Shown in pieces: positions 21,842 through 31,710 of a stretch of DNA of 64,000 nucleotides (position 1 is the first letter of the stretch; every line of letters begins with the position of its first letter). The stretch covers positions 480,001 to 544,000 of the forward strand of contig CAVXJS010000014.1 of the NCBI GenBank assembly GCA_963762145.1, in the 5' to 3' direction. The notes under the pieces were generated by a model. That model did not search any database. It saw only the letters and a list, made by a program, of their open reading frames with translations, and had not been told where the DNA came from. The position numbers were made by a program, and so were the translations under genes. Source of the DNA: an uncultured Candidatus Rokubacteria bacterium. GTDB taxonomy: Bacteria; Methylomirabilota; Methylomirabilia; Rokubacteriales; CSP1-6.

Positions 21842-22620
21842 AGCTCGCCGACCGGGTCGCCATCGTCACCGGCGCGGCCAAGGGCATGGGCCGCGACATC
21901 TGCCTCGCGCTGGCCGGCGAGGGCGCGCACGTGGTGCTGGCCGCGCGCGAGGCCGCGCCGCTCGAGGCGGTGGCCCGCGAGGTCGAGGCCGCCGGCCGGC
22001 GCGCCCTGGCGGTGCCCTGCGACGTGGTGGACGAGGCCGCGGTGGAGCGGCTCGTCGCCCGGACCCGCGAGACGTTCGGCGGCCGCGTGGACATCCTGGT
22101 CAACGCGGCGGGGGTGACCGGGCCGGTCGAGACGCCGGTCTGGGAGATCCGGGGGGAGGACTGGGACCAGGTCCTGGGGGTCAACGTGCGCGGCACCTTC
22201 CTGCCGACGAAGCACGTGCTGCCGGTGATGATCGCGCAGCGCTACGGCAAGATCGTCAACATCAGCGGCAGCTCGGGGCTGCGGGGCTACAAGCTGCGGG
22301 CCGCCTACTCCGCTTCCAAGTGGGCGCTGCGCGGGTTCACGCGCACCGTCGCGCTCGAGGCGGGGCCCTACAACATCAACGTCAACGCGCTGCACCCGGG
22401 CATCGTCACCGGCGAGCGCATGGCCCGGCTCTGCCGCGACAAGGCCCGGAAGCGCGGCACCACGCCCGAGGCGATTCACGCCGAGTACGTGGCCGAGATG
22501 GCGCTCCGGCGCGTGACCACTCAGGAAGACATCGCCCGCGCGGTGCTCTTCCTGGTCTCCGAGGACTCGAAGAACATGACCGGCCAGTCCGTCACGGTGG
22601 ACGGCGGCTGGGACGTCTGA
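21838..22620 (+). CDS. SDR oxidoreductase
   Basis: TGAAKGMG, VNAAG, YSASK. Confidence 0.9.
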   Translation: MKLADRVAIVTGAAKGMGRDICLALAGEGAHVVLAAREAAPLEAVAREVEAAGRRALAVPCDVVDEAAVERLVARTRETFGGRVDILVNAAGVTGPVETPVWEIRGEDWDQVLGVNVRGTFLPTKHVLPVMIAQRYGKIVNISGSSGLRGYKLRAAYSASKWALRGFTRTVALEAGPYNINVNALHPGIVTGERMARLCRDKARKRGTTPEAIHAEYVAEMALRRVTTQEDIARAVLFLVSEDSKNMTGQSVTVDGGWDV

Positions 22621-22684
22621 CGCGCCGCGCCGGGCCGGGAACCGCCGGCCCGGCTCCCGCGTTGAAGGCTCGGGAGAGCTTGCC

Positions 22685-23212
22685 ATGCTGACACCGCATC
22701 GTTACATCGCGCTACTCGGCGCCCTGCTGCTCACCCTGCTCACCGTCGGGCTGCCGGTTCCGGCCGGGGCGGCCGGGGGCGGGGGTAGCGAGGGGGCCAG
22801 CAGCCCCGCCAAACCCGAGGATCCGCAGTACACGTCGGCGGTGAAGGCCATCAAGGCCAACGAGTACGCGAAGGCCATCCCGCTGCTCCAGGGCGTGGTC
22901 TCGCGCGACGACAAGAACGCGGACGCCTACAACTGGCTGGCCTACGCCACCCGCAAGACCGGCGACGCGGCCGCCTCGCTGCCGCTCTACGAGAAGGCGC
23001 TGGCCATCGATCCCAAGCACAAGGGCGCGCACGAGTACATCGGCGAGGCCTACCTCATGCTCGACAACCTGCCCAAGGCCAAGGAGCACCTCGCCAAGCT
23101 CAACTCGCTCTGCTTCATCACCTGCGGCGAGTACCGCGATCTCAAGCGCGCGGTGGACGCCTACGAGAAGAGCGGCGGCAAGTCCAAGCCCACCGCCTCC
23201 TCGTCCTGGTAG
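22685..23212 (+). CDS. Secreted TPR protein
   Basis: Signal peptide; TPR repeats ADAYNWLAYA and YEKALAIDPKHKGAHEYIGEAY. Confidence 0.85.
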   Translation: MLTPHRYIALLGALLLTLLTVGLPVPAGAAGGGGSEGASSPAKPEDPQYTSAVKAIKANEYAKAIPLLQGVVSRDDKNADAYNWLAYATRKTGDAAASLPLYEKALAIDPKHKGAHEYIGEAYLMLDNLPKAKEHLAKLNSLCFITCGEYRDLKRAVDAYEKSGGKSKPTASSSW

Positions 23213-23221
23213 CCCCGGCCG

Positions 23222-24415
23222 CTACGTGAAGTTGTAGAGACGGGCCGCGTTGTCGCAGATGATCGCGCGGCGGGTGGCGGCGGGGAGATGGCCCAGCTCG
23301 CGCGCGATGTACTCGCGGGAGTCGGGCCACACGCCGTCGGGATGCGGGAAGTCGGAGCCCCACATGACCTTGTCCACCCCTAGCTCGTCGAGCAGCTTCA
23401 CGCCCACCGGATCGGTCTGGTAGGTCGCCCACACCTGCCGCTTCCAGTACTCGCTCGGCGGCATCGTGAGCGAGAGATCCTTGAACTGATCCTCCCACTC
23501 CCCGTCCATGCGCCAGAGGATGTAGGGGATCCAGCCGATCCCCGCCTCGCCCAGCACCACGCGCAGGCGCGGGAATCGCTCGAGCACGCCGCCGTAGATC
23601 ATGGCCATGAGGATGTTGGCCATGTTGATCTGAAAGCCGGTGATGTGGGTGGCGAACGCGATGCGGGCCTCGCGCTTCTGCGCGTCGGTCACGTCCTTGC
23701 CCGCGCGCGTGAGATCGGAGCCGAGGAAGACGAGCTTCTGCATCTCCTCGGGGAGCCGGCTGCCGATGGTGTGGAAGTGCAGCGGCAGGCCGCTCGCGCT
23801 GATGACCTCCCAGAGCGGGTTCCAGTAGGGGTCCCAGAGGGGCGTCAGGTCCGTGGAGTTGGCGATGTCGAGCCCGCGCACCGCGCCGCGCTTGGCTACG
23901 CGCTCGACCTCCGCGATCGCCGCGTCGATGGGGGTGTTCGGGATCGACGCGAGCCCGGCGAAGCGCTCGGGGTGGCTGGAGCAGAAGTCGGCGAGCCACT
24001 CGTTGTAGACCCGCATGACCTCGACGACCGCTTCCGGGTCGTTCATCCGCCCGGTGGCGCCCAGGATGCCGTAGAGCACCTCGGCCTGCACGCCGTCGAG
24101 ATCCTGGTCCTTCAGCCGCAGCTCCGGCACCGTCAGCCGCCGGATGCCCTTCTTGCCGTCCGAGTAGAGCCCGGTCTCGGCCATGCGGTCGGCGCGATGG
24201 ATGCGCCCGGGCACGTACTCGCGCCCCGCCGAGCCCATGCCGCAGGCGAGCCCGAGGTTGGCGCCCTTCTTGGTGACCCACGTCGGCCCCTTGGGCTGAT
24301 CGATGACGTGGGGCATGCGGTCGCGGAGCGCGTGGCTCGCATTGGCGGTGAAGAGATCCGGTGGCAGCCAGCAGAGGTCGAGGTGGCAGTCGGCGGAGAT
24401 CATCTCGTAGCGCAT
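23222..24415 (-). CDS. Amidohydrolase_2 family protein
   Basis: ISADCH, PLHFH, MWGSDFPHPDG. Confidence 0.9.
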   Translation of the reverse strand: MRYEMISADCHLDLCWLPPDLFTANASHALRDRMPHVIDQPKGPTWVTKKGANLGLACGMGSAGREYVPGRIHRADRMAETGLYSDGKKGIRRLTVPELRLKDQDLDGVQAEVLYGILGATGRMNDPEAVVEVMRVYNEWLADFCSSHPERFAGLASIPNTPIDAAIAEVERVAKRGAVRGLDIANSTDLTPLWDPYWNPLWEVISASGLPLHFHTIGSRLPEEMQKLVFLGSDLTRAGKDVTDAQKREARIAFATHITGFQINMANILMAMIYGGVLERFPRLRVVLGEAGIGWIPYILWRMDGEWEDQFKDLSLTMPPSEYWKRQVWATYQTDPVGVKLLDELGVDKVMWGSDFPHPDGVWPDSREYIARELGHLPAATRRAIICDNAARLYNFT

Positions 24416-24425
24416 GGGGGCCTCC

Positions 24426-25967
24426 TCAGGGCTTGAGCCGGACGTCTTCGTAGGGCGCCGAGTACGGGAACGCGGAGATGAGGCTGAGCGCGGGCTCCTC
24501 CACGCGAGGGCCCACGCCGCGGATGAAGCCGTTCTCCCAGATGGGAGCGAAGATCTTCTTCTCGTGCAGGATGCGCTGGATCTGGTGCAGAAGCTCCTCG
24601 CGCTTCTTGCGGTCGCGCTCGCGCGCCTGCCGCTCGAAGAGGTCCTGCACCTCGGGCAGCACGCCGGCGGTGTAGGGACCGCCCTTGACGGCCAGGATGG
24701 CCAGCCGCGTCGCCGCGTTGCCCGCGGGGCCGAGGCCGCCGAAGACCAGGCCCTTGAGCTTGCCCTGGGGCCAGGACGAGAAGAAGGCGGCGCGCTCCAT
24801 GGTGCGGATCTTCACGCGGATGCCGACCGCGGCGAGGTAGCTGGCGATGGCCTCGCCGGTGCCCTCGTAGGGCGGGGCGATCGTGAAGTCGCCCGCGTCG
24901 AGCCCGCGCGGGAAGCCGGCCTCCGCGAGCAGGCGCTTGGCCCGCGCGGGGTCGTAGGGGTCCCCGTCGATCGGCAGCGCGAACTCGAGCGCGCGCGGCA
25001 CCACGTTGCCGGTGATCCCGCCGAAGCCGAGCTGCTCGGCGTCGTTCATCGCCCGCCGGTCGATCGCGAGGCTCGCCGCCGCGCGCACCCGCGGATCTTG
25101 CCAGGGCGAGCCCGCCTCCCACTGCCCCCGGAAGTCGAGGAAGAAGACCGTGTTGCTGCGCACCGCCATGAGGCGCAGGCCCGGCGTGCGTCGCACCTCC
25201 TCCGCGATCGGCCCGTTGAGGAAGTAGGCCACGTCCACGTCGCCCCGTTTCAGCGCGGCGGCCCGGGTGGTCTCGTCGGGAAGGCTGCGGAAGATCAGCT
25301 TCTTCACGGACGGCGGCTTCCGCCAGTAGCCGTCGAAGGCCTCGAGCTGGAGCTCGACGCCGGGCGTGAAGCTGACCACCTTGTAGGGTCCCGCGCCGAC
25401 CGGGGCCTTCTTGAAGCCATCCTCGCCCACCTGCTCGATGTACTTCTTCGGCACGACCCAGCCCGCGCTGCTCGCGGTGGTGCCGTAGAAGGTGATGAAG
25501 TCCGGCCACGGCTCCTTCAGGTGGAACTGCAGGCGTCGGGCATCGAGCACGCGAACTTCGTGGACGCGCTCCTTGAAGGTGGTCGCGTTGGCCCCGCGGT
25601 AGCGCTCGAAGGAGAACTTCACGTCCTCCGCGGTCACCCGCTCGCCGTTGTGGAAGCGCGCGTTCGCCCGGAGCGTGAAATCGTAGACGAGGCCGTTCGG
25701 CGAGACGGTCCACGACTCGGCGAGGCTGGCCGCGCTGGGTCCCGACGGCATCGGCTTGAGCAGCGCGTCGTGGACCGCGTACAGGGTGAGGAAGGGCGTG
25801 ATCGAGCCCTCGGTCTCCGCCGGGTCGAGCCAGCGCGGAGCGAGGGTGAAGTGGACGGCCCAGATCATCTGGCCCGCGGGCGCGGCGCCCCCGGTCTGCG
25901 CCGAGCCGACCCCGGCCAGGCACGTCACGAGCACGATGACGACGAGGACGCCGGTGAGTCGTCGCAT
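24426..25967 (-). CDS. ABC solute-binding protein family 5 (peptide/nickel type)
   Basis: Signal peptide; LAESW, ARFHNGERVTAEDVKFSF, PVGAGPY. Confidence 0.92.
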   Translation of the reverse strand: MRRLTGVLVVIVLVTCLAGVGSAQTGGAAPAGQMIWAVHFTLAPRWLDPAETEGSITPFLTLYAVHDALLKPMPSGPSAASLAESWTVSPNGLVYDFTLRANARFHNGERVTAEDVKFSFERYRGANATTFKERVHEVRVLDARRLQFHLKEPWPDFITFYGTTASSAGWVVPKKYIEQVGEDGFKKAPVGAGPYKVVSFTPGVELQLEAFDGYWRKPPSVKKLIFRSLPDETTRAAALKRGDVDVAYFLNGPIAEEVRRTPGLRLMAVRSNTVFFLDFRGQWEAGSPWQDPRVRAAASLAIDRRAMNDAEQLGFGGITGNVVPRALEFALPIDGDPYDPARAKRLLAEAGFPRGLDAGDFTIAPPYEGTGEAIASYLAAVGIRVKIRTMERAAFFSSWPQGKLKGLVFGGLGPAGNAATRLAILAVKGGPYTAGVLPEVQDLFERQARERDRKKREELLHQIQRILHEKKIFAPIWENGFIRGVGPRVEEPALSLISAFPYSAPYEDVRLKP

Positions 25968-26036
25968 GGGCAGGCCCTCCGGGCGAGCCGAGGCCCGATG
26001 ATATAAACCTATTCGGGGCGAGTAAAGCGGAGAGTT

Positions 26037-26210
26037 TCAGGTCGGGCGGGAAAACAGCTGGCCGTCGGCTCCGTGCTCCATCTCATCGGCGAGAAGGAGC
26101 TGGTCCTCGTCGGCAACGAGCAGACGAAGCGCTTTCGCTTCGGCCCGGACCCGCTCGAGCTCACTTCGGAGCGCCGCATTCTCCCTGGCCAGGTCGATCA
26201 ACTGGAGCAT
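26037..26210 (-). CDS. Small coiled-coil hypothetical protein (57 aa)
   Basis: RBS AGGAGG and a sigma54 motif upstream; heptad-like LARENAALRSELERVRAEAKAL. Confidence 0.6.
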   Translation of the reverse strand: MLQLIDLARENAALRSELERVRAEAKALRLLVADEDQLLLADEMEHGADGQLFSRPT

Positions 26211-26234
26211 GGGTGTACCTCCTGGATCGTGAGT

Positions 26235-26250
26235 AGCAAGCGGTGCGCCA
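26235..26250 (-). promoter_or_regulatory. Putative sigma54 promoter
   Basis: TGGCGCACCGCTTGCT (GG-N10-GC). Confidence 0.65.
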
Positions 26251-26448
26251 GCAGCTGGAGCCCCCGAGGGCCGGAAAATCCAGCCGATACGAAACACCGG
26301 GCCGGCGCCGGGCGGAATTTTCTACTCGGCTACCTGATAAGAACTTCCTCCCCGCGCGAGAGGAAGGATCGTCGGCTCCGGTAACGCCTACCGGACACCT
26401 TGGTCGGTGGGCCGCGACAGTCGGACGTGTTCCTCGGCGTTTAGGAGT

Positions 26449-26464
26449 CGGCACACGCCTTGCG
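26449..26464 (+). promoter_or_regulatory. Putative sigma54 promoter
   Basis: CGGCACACGCCTTGCG (GG-N10-GC), 25 nt before the ATG at 26490. Confidence 0.65.
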
Positions 26465-26489
26465 ATGAGATATGTCGGGAGGATTCGTC

Positions 26490-26708
26490 ATGATCGAAGC
26501 CATCTCGATGTTCCTGATCGGTCTGGGCGCGGTGCTGGTCTCGCTGGCGTCGACACTTGGTCTCGCATGGCTCGCCGTCCTCATTCCCGTGTCGATCGCC
26601 GCCGCGGCCGCGGTCTGGCTGTTCCGACTGAGCCGGCGCGGACGCCGCCGCGTGCACGCCAACCGGATCATGCGTGCAAAGCGACCCGAGCGTCGGATGG
26701 CGGCATGA
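26490..26708 (+). CDS. Small membrane protein (72 aa, 2 TM, basic tail)
   Basis: RBS GGAGGA; two hydrophobic stretches. Confidence 0.6.
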   Translation: MIEAISMFLIGLGAVLVSLASTLGLAWLAVLIPVSIAAAAAVWLFRLSRRGRRRVHANRIMRAKRPERRMAA

Positions 26709-26737
26709 GCCCGGACGGGAAAGGAGGCCACCGACCA

Positions 26738-27079
26738 ATGAGGATCAAGACGAGGATCAAGACCGCGCTGGTGATCGGCACTCTGGCCGCGCTTGGACTG
26801 GCGAGTCCCTCTTGCTTCGCGGTCGAGCCCGGGCCGACGAACGAGCGAGAGATGGCCCCGCCCGCCAAGAATCTCCGTCATGCGACCGGGACAGTGGTCT
26901 CGGTGAACACGATGGCGCGCATGCTCACGCTCCAGACTCCCGGTGGCGGCACGATGCGGCTGACCGCGGAGGCGGGGCTCACCCCCAAGCTCGGCACCTT
27001 GAAGAAGGGTGAGCGGGTCAAGGTGAGCTACAAGCACAGCCAAGGGGAGAGGATCGCCACCAAGATCATCTTGGTCTGA
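26738..27079 (+). CDS. Exported small OB-fold-like protein (CusF/DUF5666-like)
   Basis: RBS AAGGAGG; signal peptide; GTVVSVN...LKKGERVKVSY pattern. Confidence 0.7.
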   Translation: MRIKTRIKTALVIGTLAALGLASPSCFAVEPGPTNEREMAPPAKNLRHATGTVVSVNTMARMLTLQTPGGGTMRLTAEAGLTPKLGTLKKGERVKVSYKHSQGERIATKIILV

Positions 27080-27162
27080 GCCCGAGTCCGCCGCCTCGCG
27101 GCCGCTCCGCGCGCGCCGGGTGCTATAATCCCGGCGCTCACCCCACAAGGAGCGAGGCCGCC

Positions 27163-27504
27163 ATGAAGACATTCCGGCTCTACACCGGCAAGGACGGGCA
27201 GTCCCACATCGAACCGATCGATCTCGCGCAAACCCCCTCGTGGACCAAGGGGCTCGCGACGACCCAGATCTCCTTCCGCGAGAGCCCGGTCGGCAACTTC
27301 ATCGACTGGCATCCCGCCCCGCGCCGCCAGTTCGTCATCATCCTCTCCGGCCAGCTCGAGATCGGTCTGGGCGACGGCTCCAAGCAGGTCTTCGGCCCCG
27401 GTGACGCGCGGCTGGTGGAGGACACCACCGGGAAGGGTCACACCACGCGGGTACACGGCAGCGTGCCGTGCCTCACCGCCACCATTCCGCTCGAGGAGCA
27501 ATGA
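27163..27504 (+). CDS. Cupin-domain protein
   Basis: WHPAPRRQF, EDTTGKGH; extended -10 TGcTATAAT at 27121-27129. Confidence 0.85.
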   Translation: MKTFRLYTGKDGQSHIEPIDLAQTPSWTKGLATTQISFRESPVGNFIDWHPAPRRQFVIILSGQLEIGLGDGSKQVFGPGDARLVEDTTGKGHTTRVHGSVPCLTATIPLEEQ

Positions 27505-27505
27505 G

Positions 27506-28480
27506 ATGGCCACCAAGATCCTCTTCGCCCCCAAGCAGTCCGACGCGGTCATGGAGATCGCCCGCTCCCTCACCCCCGCCGGCTTCGAGCTGCTGGTCGC
27601 CGAGTTCGGCACGCCCGAGTTCTACGCCGCGGCCGGCCAGGCCGACTACTACCTGGGCCTGGCCCGCCAGATGGGCGGGGAGTTCTTCCGCTCCGCGCCC
27701 AACCTGAAGCTGGTGCAGCTCCTCTCCGCGGGCTACGACCGGGTGGACATCGAGGCGGCCCGCAAGGCGAAGGTCCCGGTCTCGAACAACGGCGGAGCCA
27801 ACGCGATCGCGGTGGCCGAGCACACGATCATGCTGATGCTCGCGGTGCTCAAGCGCGTGGTGAAGTTCCACAACGACGTGGTGGCGGGCAAGTGGCGGGT
27901 GGGCGGCTTCGACGATCAGCGCGTCTACGAGCTCTCGCGCCGGACCCTCGGCATCGTCGGCCTCGGCAACATCGGCAAGAAGGTCGCGCGGCGCGCGGCC
28001 GCCTTCGACATGACCGTGCAGTACTACGACATCGCGCGCCTCACCGAGGCCGAGGAGGACGCGCTCGGCGTCCGCTTCGTGCTGCTCCCCGAGCTGCTGC
28101 GCAGCTCCGACGTGGTGAGCCTGCACGTGCCGCTCGACGACTCGACCCGCCACCTGATGGGCGCGGCCCAGTTCGCCCAGATGAAGCCGGGCGCGATCCT
28201 GATCAACACCTGCCGGGGCCCGGTGGTGGACGAGGCCGCGCTCTACACCGCGCTCACCAAGGACCAGGTCGCGGCGGCCGGGCTCGACGTGCTGGTGGAC
28301 GAGCCGCCCGCCAAGGACCATCCGCTCTTCCACCTGCCGAACGTGACCCTGACCCCGCACTCGGCGGGCCCCACGTGGGAGAACTGGACCGCCCGCTTCC
28401 GCAACGGGTTCGACAACATCCAGCGCGTGGCCGCGGGCCGCGCGCCCAAGTGGGTGATCCCGGAGCTCCAGCAGCCGTGA
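27506..28480 (+). CDS. D-2-hydroxyacid dehydrogenase family
   Basis: GIVGLGNIG, INTCRG, TPHSAG. Confidence 0.9.
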   Translation: MATKILFAPKQSDAVMEIARSLTPAGFELLVAEFGTPEFYAAAGQADYYLGLARQMGGEFFRSAPNLKLVQLLSAGYDRVDIEAARKAKVPVSNNGGANAIAVAEHTIMLMLAVLKRVVKFHNDVVAGKWRVGGFDDQRVYELSRRTLGIVGLGNIGKKVARRAAAFDMTVQYYDIARLTEAEEDALGVRFVLLPELLRSSDVVSLHVPLDDSTRHLMGAAQFAQMKPGAILINTCRGPVVDEAALYTALTKDQVAAAGLDVLVDEPPAKDHPLFHLPNVTLTPHSAGPTWENWTARFRNGFDNIQRVAAGRAPKWVIPELQQP

Positions 28481-29439
28481 AGATCCTCTTCGTCCCGAAC
28501 CTGATCGTCTCCGGCCTCACCGAGGCGGACCGGGCTGGCATCCTGGAGGCGGCGGGCCCCGGCGCGCGCCTCGTGGAGGTCAAGGACAAGGCGGGCCAGC
28601 GGCGCGAGCTGCCGGACACCGACGTCATCTTCGGGCGCGTGAGCCCCGAGCTCTTCTCGCTCGCCACGCGTCTCGTCTACTACCACTCGATCGGCGCCGG
28701 GGTGGACAGCATCCTCACCCCGGAGCTGATCAATCACGACGTGCCGCTGGCCAGCGAGAAGGGCGAGGTCGGCATCCATCTGGCCGAGCACGCTTTCGCC
28801 CTGCTGCTCGCGCTGACCCGCGGGCTGCACACCGCGATCCGCACCCCCGACTACGAGCTGCGCGAGCCCATCCGCGTCCACCAGCGCGAGCTCTACGAGC
28901 AGACGATGGGCATCGTGGGCTTCGGCGGCACCGGCCGCGCGGTGGCCCGCCGCGCGGTGGGCTTCGGCATGCGCGTCCTCGGCGTCGACGTCGAGCGCGT
29001 CGATCCCGAGCCCGGGGTGGAAGCGATCTGGCCCGCCGACCGTCTCGCCGACCTCCTCGCCGCCTCCGACGCGGTGGTGATCGGCCTCCCGCTCACCAAG
29101 GCCACCCACCACCTCTTCACCCGCGAGCGCTTCCTCCAGATGAAGCGCACCGCCATCCTCATCAACGTGACCCGCGGCGAGATCATCCGCGGCGAAGACG
29201 TCCTCGCCGCCCTCGAGGAGAACCTGATCTGGGCCGTCGGCCTCGACGTCACGGACCCCGAGCCCTTGCCGAAGAACCATCCACTCTGGATGCACCCGAG
29301 GGCGATCATCACGCCGCACACCGCGGGCGGCTCCCCCCGCCGCGCCGGTCGCGTGATCGCCACCTTCTGCGAGAACCTCCGCCGCCGCCGCGACGGCCGC
29401 CCCCTCATCGCCCTGATCGACAAGCAGAAGGGCTACTAG
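28477..29439 (+). CDS. D-2-hydroxyacid dehydrogenase family
   Basis: GIVGFGGTG, INVTRG, TPHTAG; GTGA overlap with the previous gene. Confidence 0.9.
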   Translation: MKILFVPNLIVSGLTEADRAGILEAAGPGARLVEVKDKAGQRRELPDTDVIFGRVSPELFSLATRLVYYHSIGAGVDSILTPELINHDVPLASEKGEVGIHLAEHAFALLLALTRGLHTAIRTPDYELREPIRVHQRELYEQTMGIVGFGGTGRAVARRAVGFGMRVLGVDVERVDPEPGVEAIWPADRLADLLAASDAVVIGLPLTKATHHLFTRERFLQMKRTAILINVTRGEIIRGEDVLAALEENLIWAVGLDVTDPEPLPKNHPLWMHPRAIITPHTAGGSPRRAGRVIATFCENLRRRRDGRPLIALIDKQKGY

Positions 29440-29444
29440 CGCGA

Positions 29445-30239
29445 TCAGACGTCGGCGCGAGGCTCCAGCAGCAGCGTCTGGAGCGAGCGCCCGATCGGGC
29501 CGGCGGTGTCCCAGAGTCGCGTGCGCGTCAGGCCGATGCCGGGCGCCTCGCCGGTGGTGGCCGCGTCGAGGCACATCCATTCACCGGTCGGGGCGCGCGG
29601 CAGGGCGATGGTCAGGTCGGCTTTCACGAAGGTGGCGAGGGCCGGGTCCACCGAGACGGCCACACCGCTCGCGGAGTCGGCGCAGGCCACGAGACACTCG
29701 AGCGGCGACGTCGGCGTCTCGCCCGCGACGAGCGGCACGCGAAGCCGGAGCCACGCGGCGACCGGCCCCCGCCCCCACGTTCCGCTCGCGATCCGCCACT
29801 CGACGGCGCGGTGGTAGCCCTCGTCGCCGGACATGAGCGGCAGCTCGAAGGGTGCGCTCCCGGCCGGCGGCGCCGGCGCCGCGGGCGCCTCGAGCGGGAG
29901 CGCGATCAGGTACGGGGTCACGCGCACCACGAGGCACGTCGCTTCGATCACGGCGGTGCCGTCCTCGGCCAGGACCGTGCCGGCGAGGCGCTGGACCTTG
30001 GCGCCGGCGCGGACCACGCGGGTGGCGATCGTCAGCGGTGCCAGCGGCACCGGGCGCAGGAAGTCGAAGGTCAGGCGCGCGATCTGCCCCTCGGCCGCGG
30101 CGTGGCGCGCGAACGCGCGGGCGAGGAGCGCGGCGGGCGGCCCGCCGTGCTGGTGCCGCGCGTTCCACGGGCCGCGGGCCGACGCGGACGGCACGAACCG
30201 ATCGCGGTCGGCGGCGAAGAAGGGCGGGAGCTGGCTCAG
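29445..30239 (-). CDS. TesB-like thioesterase family protein (start uncertain)
   Basis: GPWNARHQHGGPP, FDFLRPVP, ADSASG; no canonical start codon near the expected N-terminus (CTG 30239 or GTG near 30194). Confidence 0.8.
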   Translation of the reverse strand: MSQLPPFFAADRDRFVPSASARGPWNARHQHGGPPAALLARAFARHAAAEGQIARLTFDFLRPVPLAPLTIATRVVRAGAKVQRLAGTVLAEDGTAVIEATCLVVRVTPYLIALPLEAPAAPAPPAGSAPFELPLMSGDEGYHRAVEWRIASGTWGRGPVAAWLRLRVPLVAGETPTSPLECLVACADSASGVAVSVDPALATFVKADLTIALPRAPTGEWMCLDAATTGEAPGIGLTRTRLWDTAGPIGRSLQTLLLEPRADV

Positions 30240-30256
30240 GGCGGGCGCCGCGGGCG

Positions 30257-31510
30257 CTAGATGACGACCGACGCGATGTCGACCGAGGACCGCAGCCCTT
30301 CGACGACCACGATGCCGGATTCGGTCACGTGGTGTCGCCGCTTGTCCAGCTCGAGGTCGTACCCGACCGTCGCCCCCTCGGGAATGCGCACGTTCTTGTC
30401 GAGGATGGCGCGCCGGATCTTCGCCCGCCGGCCGATGTCGCAGTTGTCGAGGATCACCGAGTCCTCGACCACCGCGCCGGTGTGCACCCGCACGTGGCGC
30501 CCCAGCACCGAGTTGCGCACCATGCCGCCCGAGAGGATGCAGCCGCCCGAGACCGTCGAGTCGATGGCCTGGCCGCGGCGCCCGTCGTCGTCGAAGGTGA
30601 ACTTGGCGGGCGGGTCGGCGTAGCTGGCGGTTCGCAGCGGCCACTGGCGGTTGTAGAGGTTCAGCGCCGGGCTCACCGCGCGCAGGTCCATGTGCGCCTC
30701 GTAGTAGGCCTCGAGCGTCCCCACGTCGCGCCAGTAGACCGCCGAGCCCGTGGCCTCGCCGGGGATCTGGTTGGACTGAAAGTCGTAGGCGAACATGTCG
30801 AGGCGGTTCACCAGCGACGGCAGCACGTCCCGTCCGAAGTCGTGGCTGCTGTTCTCGCGGGCCGCGTCCGCGTAGAGCTCGCGCAGGAGGGTCCGGGTCG
30901 AGAAGATGTAGTTGCCCATGGAGGCGAAGACGCGGTCCGGATCCCCCGGGATGGTGGGTGCGTCGGCGCGCTTCTCGTGGAAGCCGATGATGTGGCCGTC
31001 CCGCGCGGTCTCGATCACCCCGAAATCGGCGGCGTAGCGCCGATCCACCGGGATCGCGGCCACCGTGATCTCGGCGCGCTTCTGCTCGTGGAACTCGATC
31101 ATGCTCGAGATGTTCATCCGGTAGATGTGGTCGGCCCCGAAGATGGCGACCAGGTGCGGATCGGACTGCTCGATGAGATTGGCGTTCTGGTAGATCGCGT
31201 CCGCGGTGCCCCGATACCACGATTCTCCCGCCGAGCGCATCTGGGCGGGCACCGGGATGATGAACTGGTCCTTGAGGAGGCCGCCGAACTGCCAGCCGTC
31301 CGAGAGGTGCTGCAGCAGCGACTGGCTCTTGAACTGGGTCAGGACGTAGATCGAATGGATCCCCGAATTGATGAAGTTGCTGAGGACGAAGTCGACGATG
31401 CGGTACTTGCCCCCGAAGGGGACCGCCGGCTTCGCCCGCTCCTTGGTCAGCGGATAGAGACGGGTGCCCTTGCCACCTGCCAGCACGATTCCGAGGACCC
31501 GGAGTCTCAT
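30257..31510 (-). CDS. glgC: Glucose-1-phosphate adenylyltransferase
   Basis: LAGGKGTRLYPLTKERAKPAVPFGGKYR, WYRGTADA, ASMGNY, YWRDVGT. Confidence 0.97.
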   Translation of the reverse strand: MRLRVLGIVLAGGKGTRLYPLTKERAKPAVPFGGKYRIVDFVLSNFINSGIHSIYVLTQFKSQSLLQHLSDGWQFGGLLKDQFIIPVPAQMRSAGESWYRGTADAIYQNANLIEQSDPHLVAIFGADHIYRMNISSMIEFHEQKRAEITVAAIPVDRRYAADFGVIETARDGHIIGFHEKRADAPTIPGDPDRVFASMGNYIFSTRTLLRELYADAARENSSHDFGRDVLPSLVNRLDMFAYDFQSNQIPGEATGSAVYWRDVGTLEAYYEAHMDLRAVSPALNLYNRQWPLRTASYADPPAKFTFDDDGRRGQAIDSTVSGGCILSGGMVRNSVLGRHVRVHTGAVVEDSVILDNCDIGRRAKIRRAILDKNVRIPEGATVGYDLELDKRRHHVTESGIVVVEGLRSSVDIASVVI

Positions 31511-31710
31511 GGGCGTCGCTCTCGCGAGCTAGCCTACCATGCGGCCGGGCCGGGAATAGGGCGACGCCCGCCTCCGCCAGCCTGTATACTGGGGGCCGTC
31601 TGGTCCAGGTAGCGGCTCACCTTCGAGTCCCCCACATCAGGCAGCGTCTCCGGTCCCTTCCGCGCGTCAGAGACGTTCCATCGTGCGGAAGCACCAGTCA
31701 GGAGACCCTC

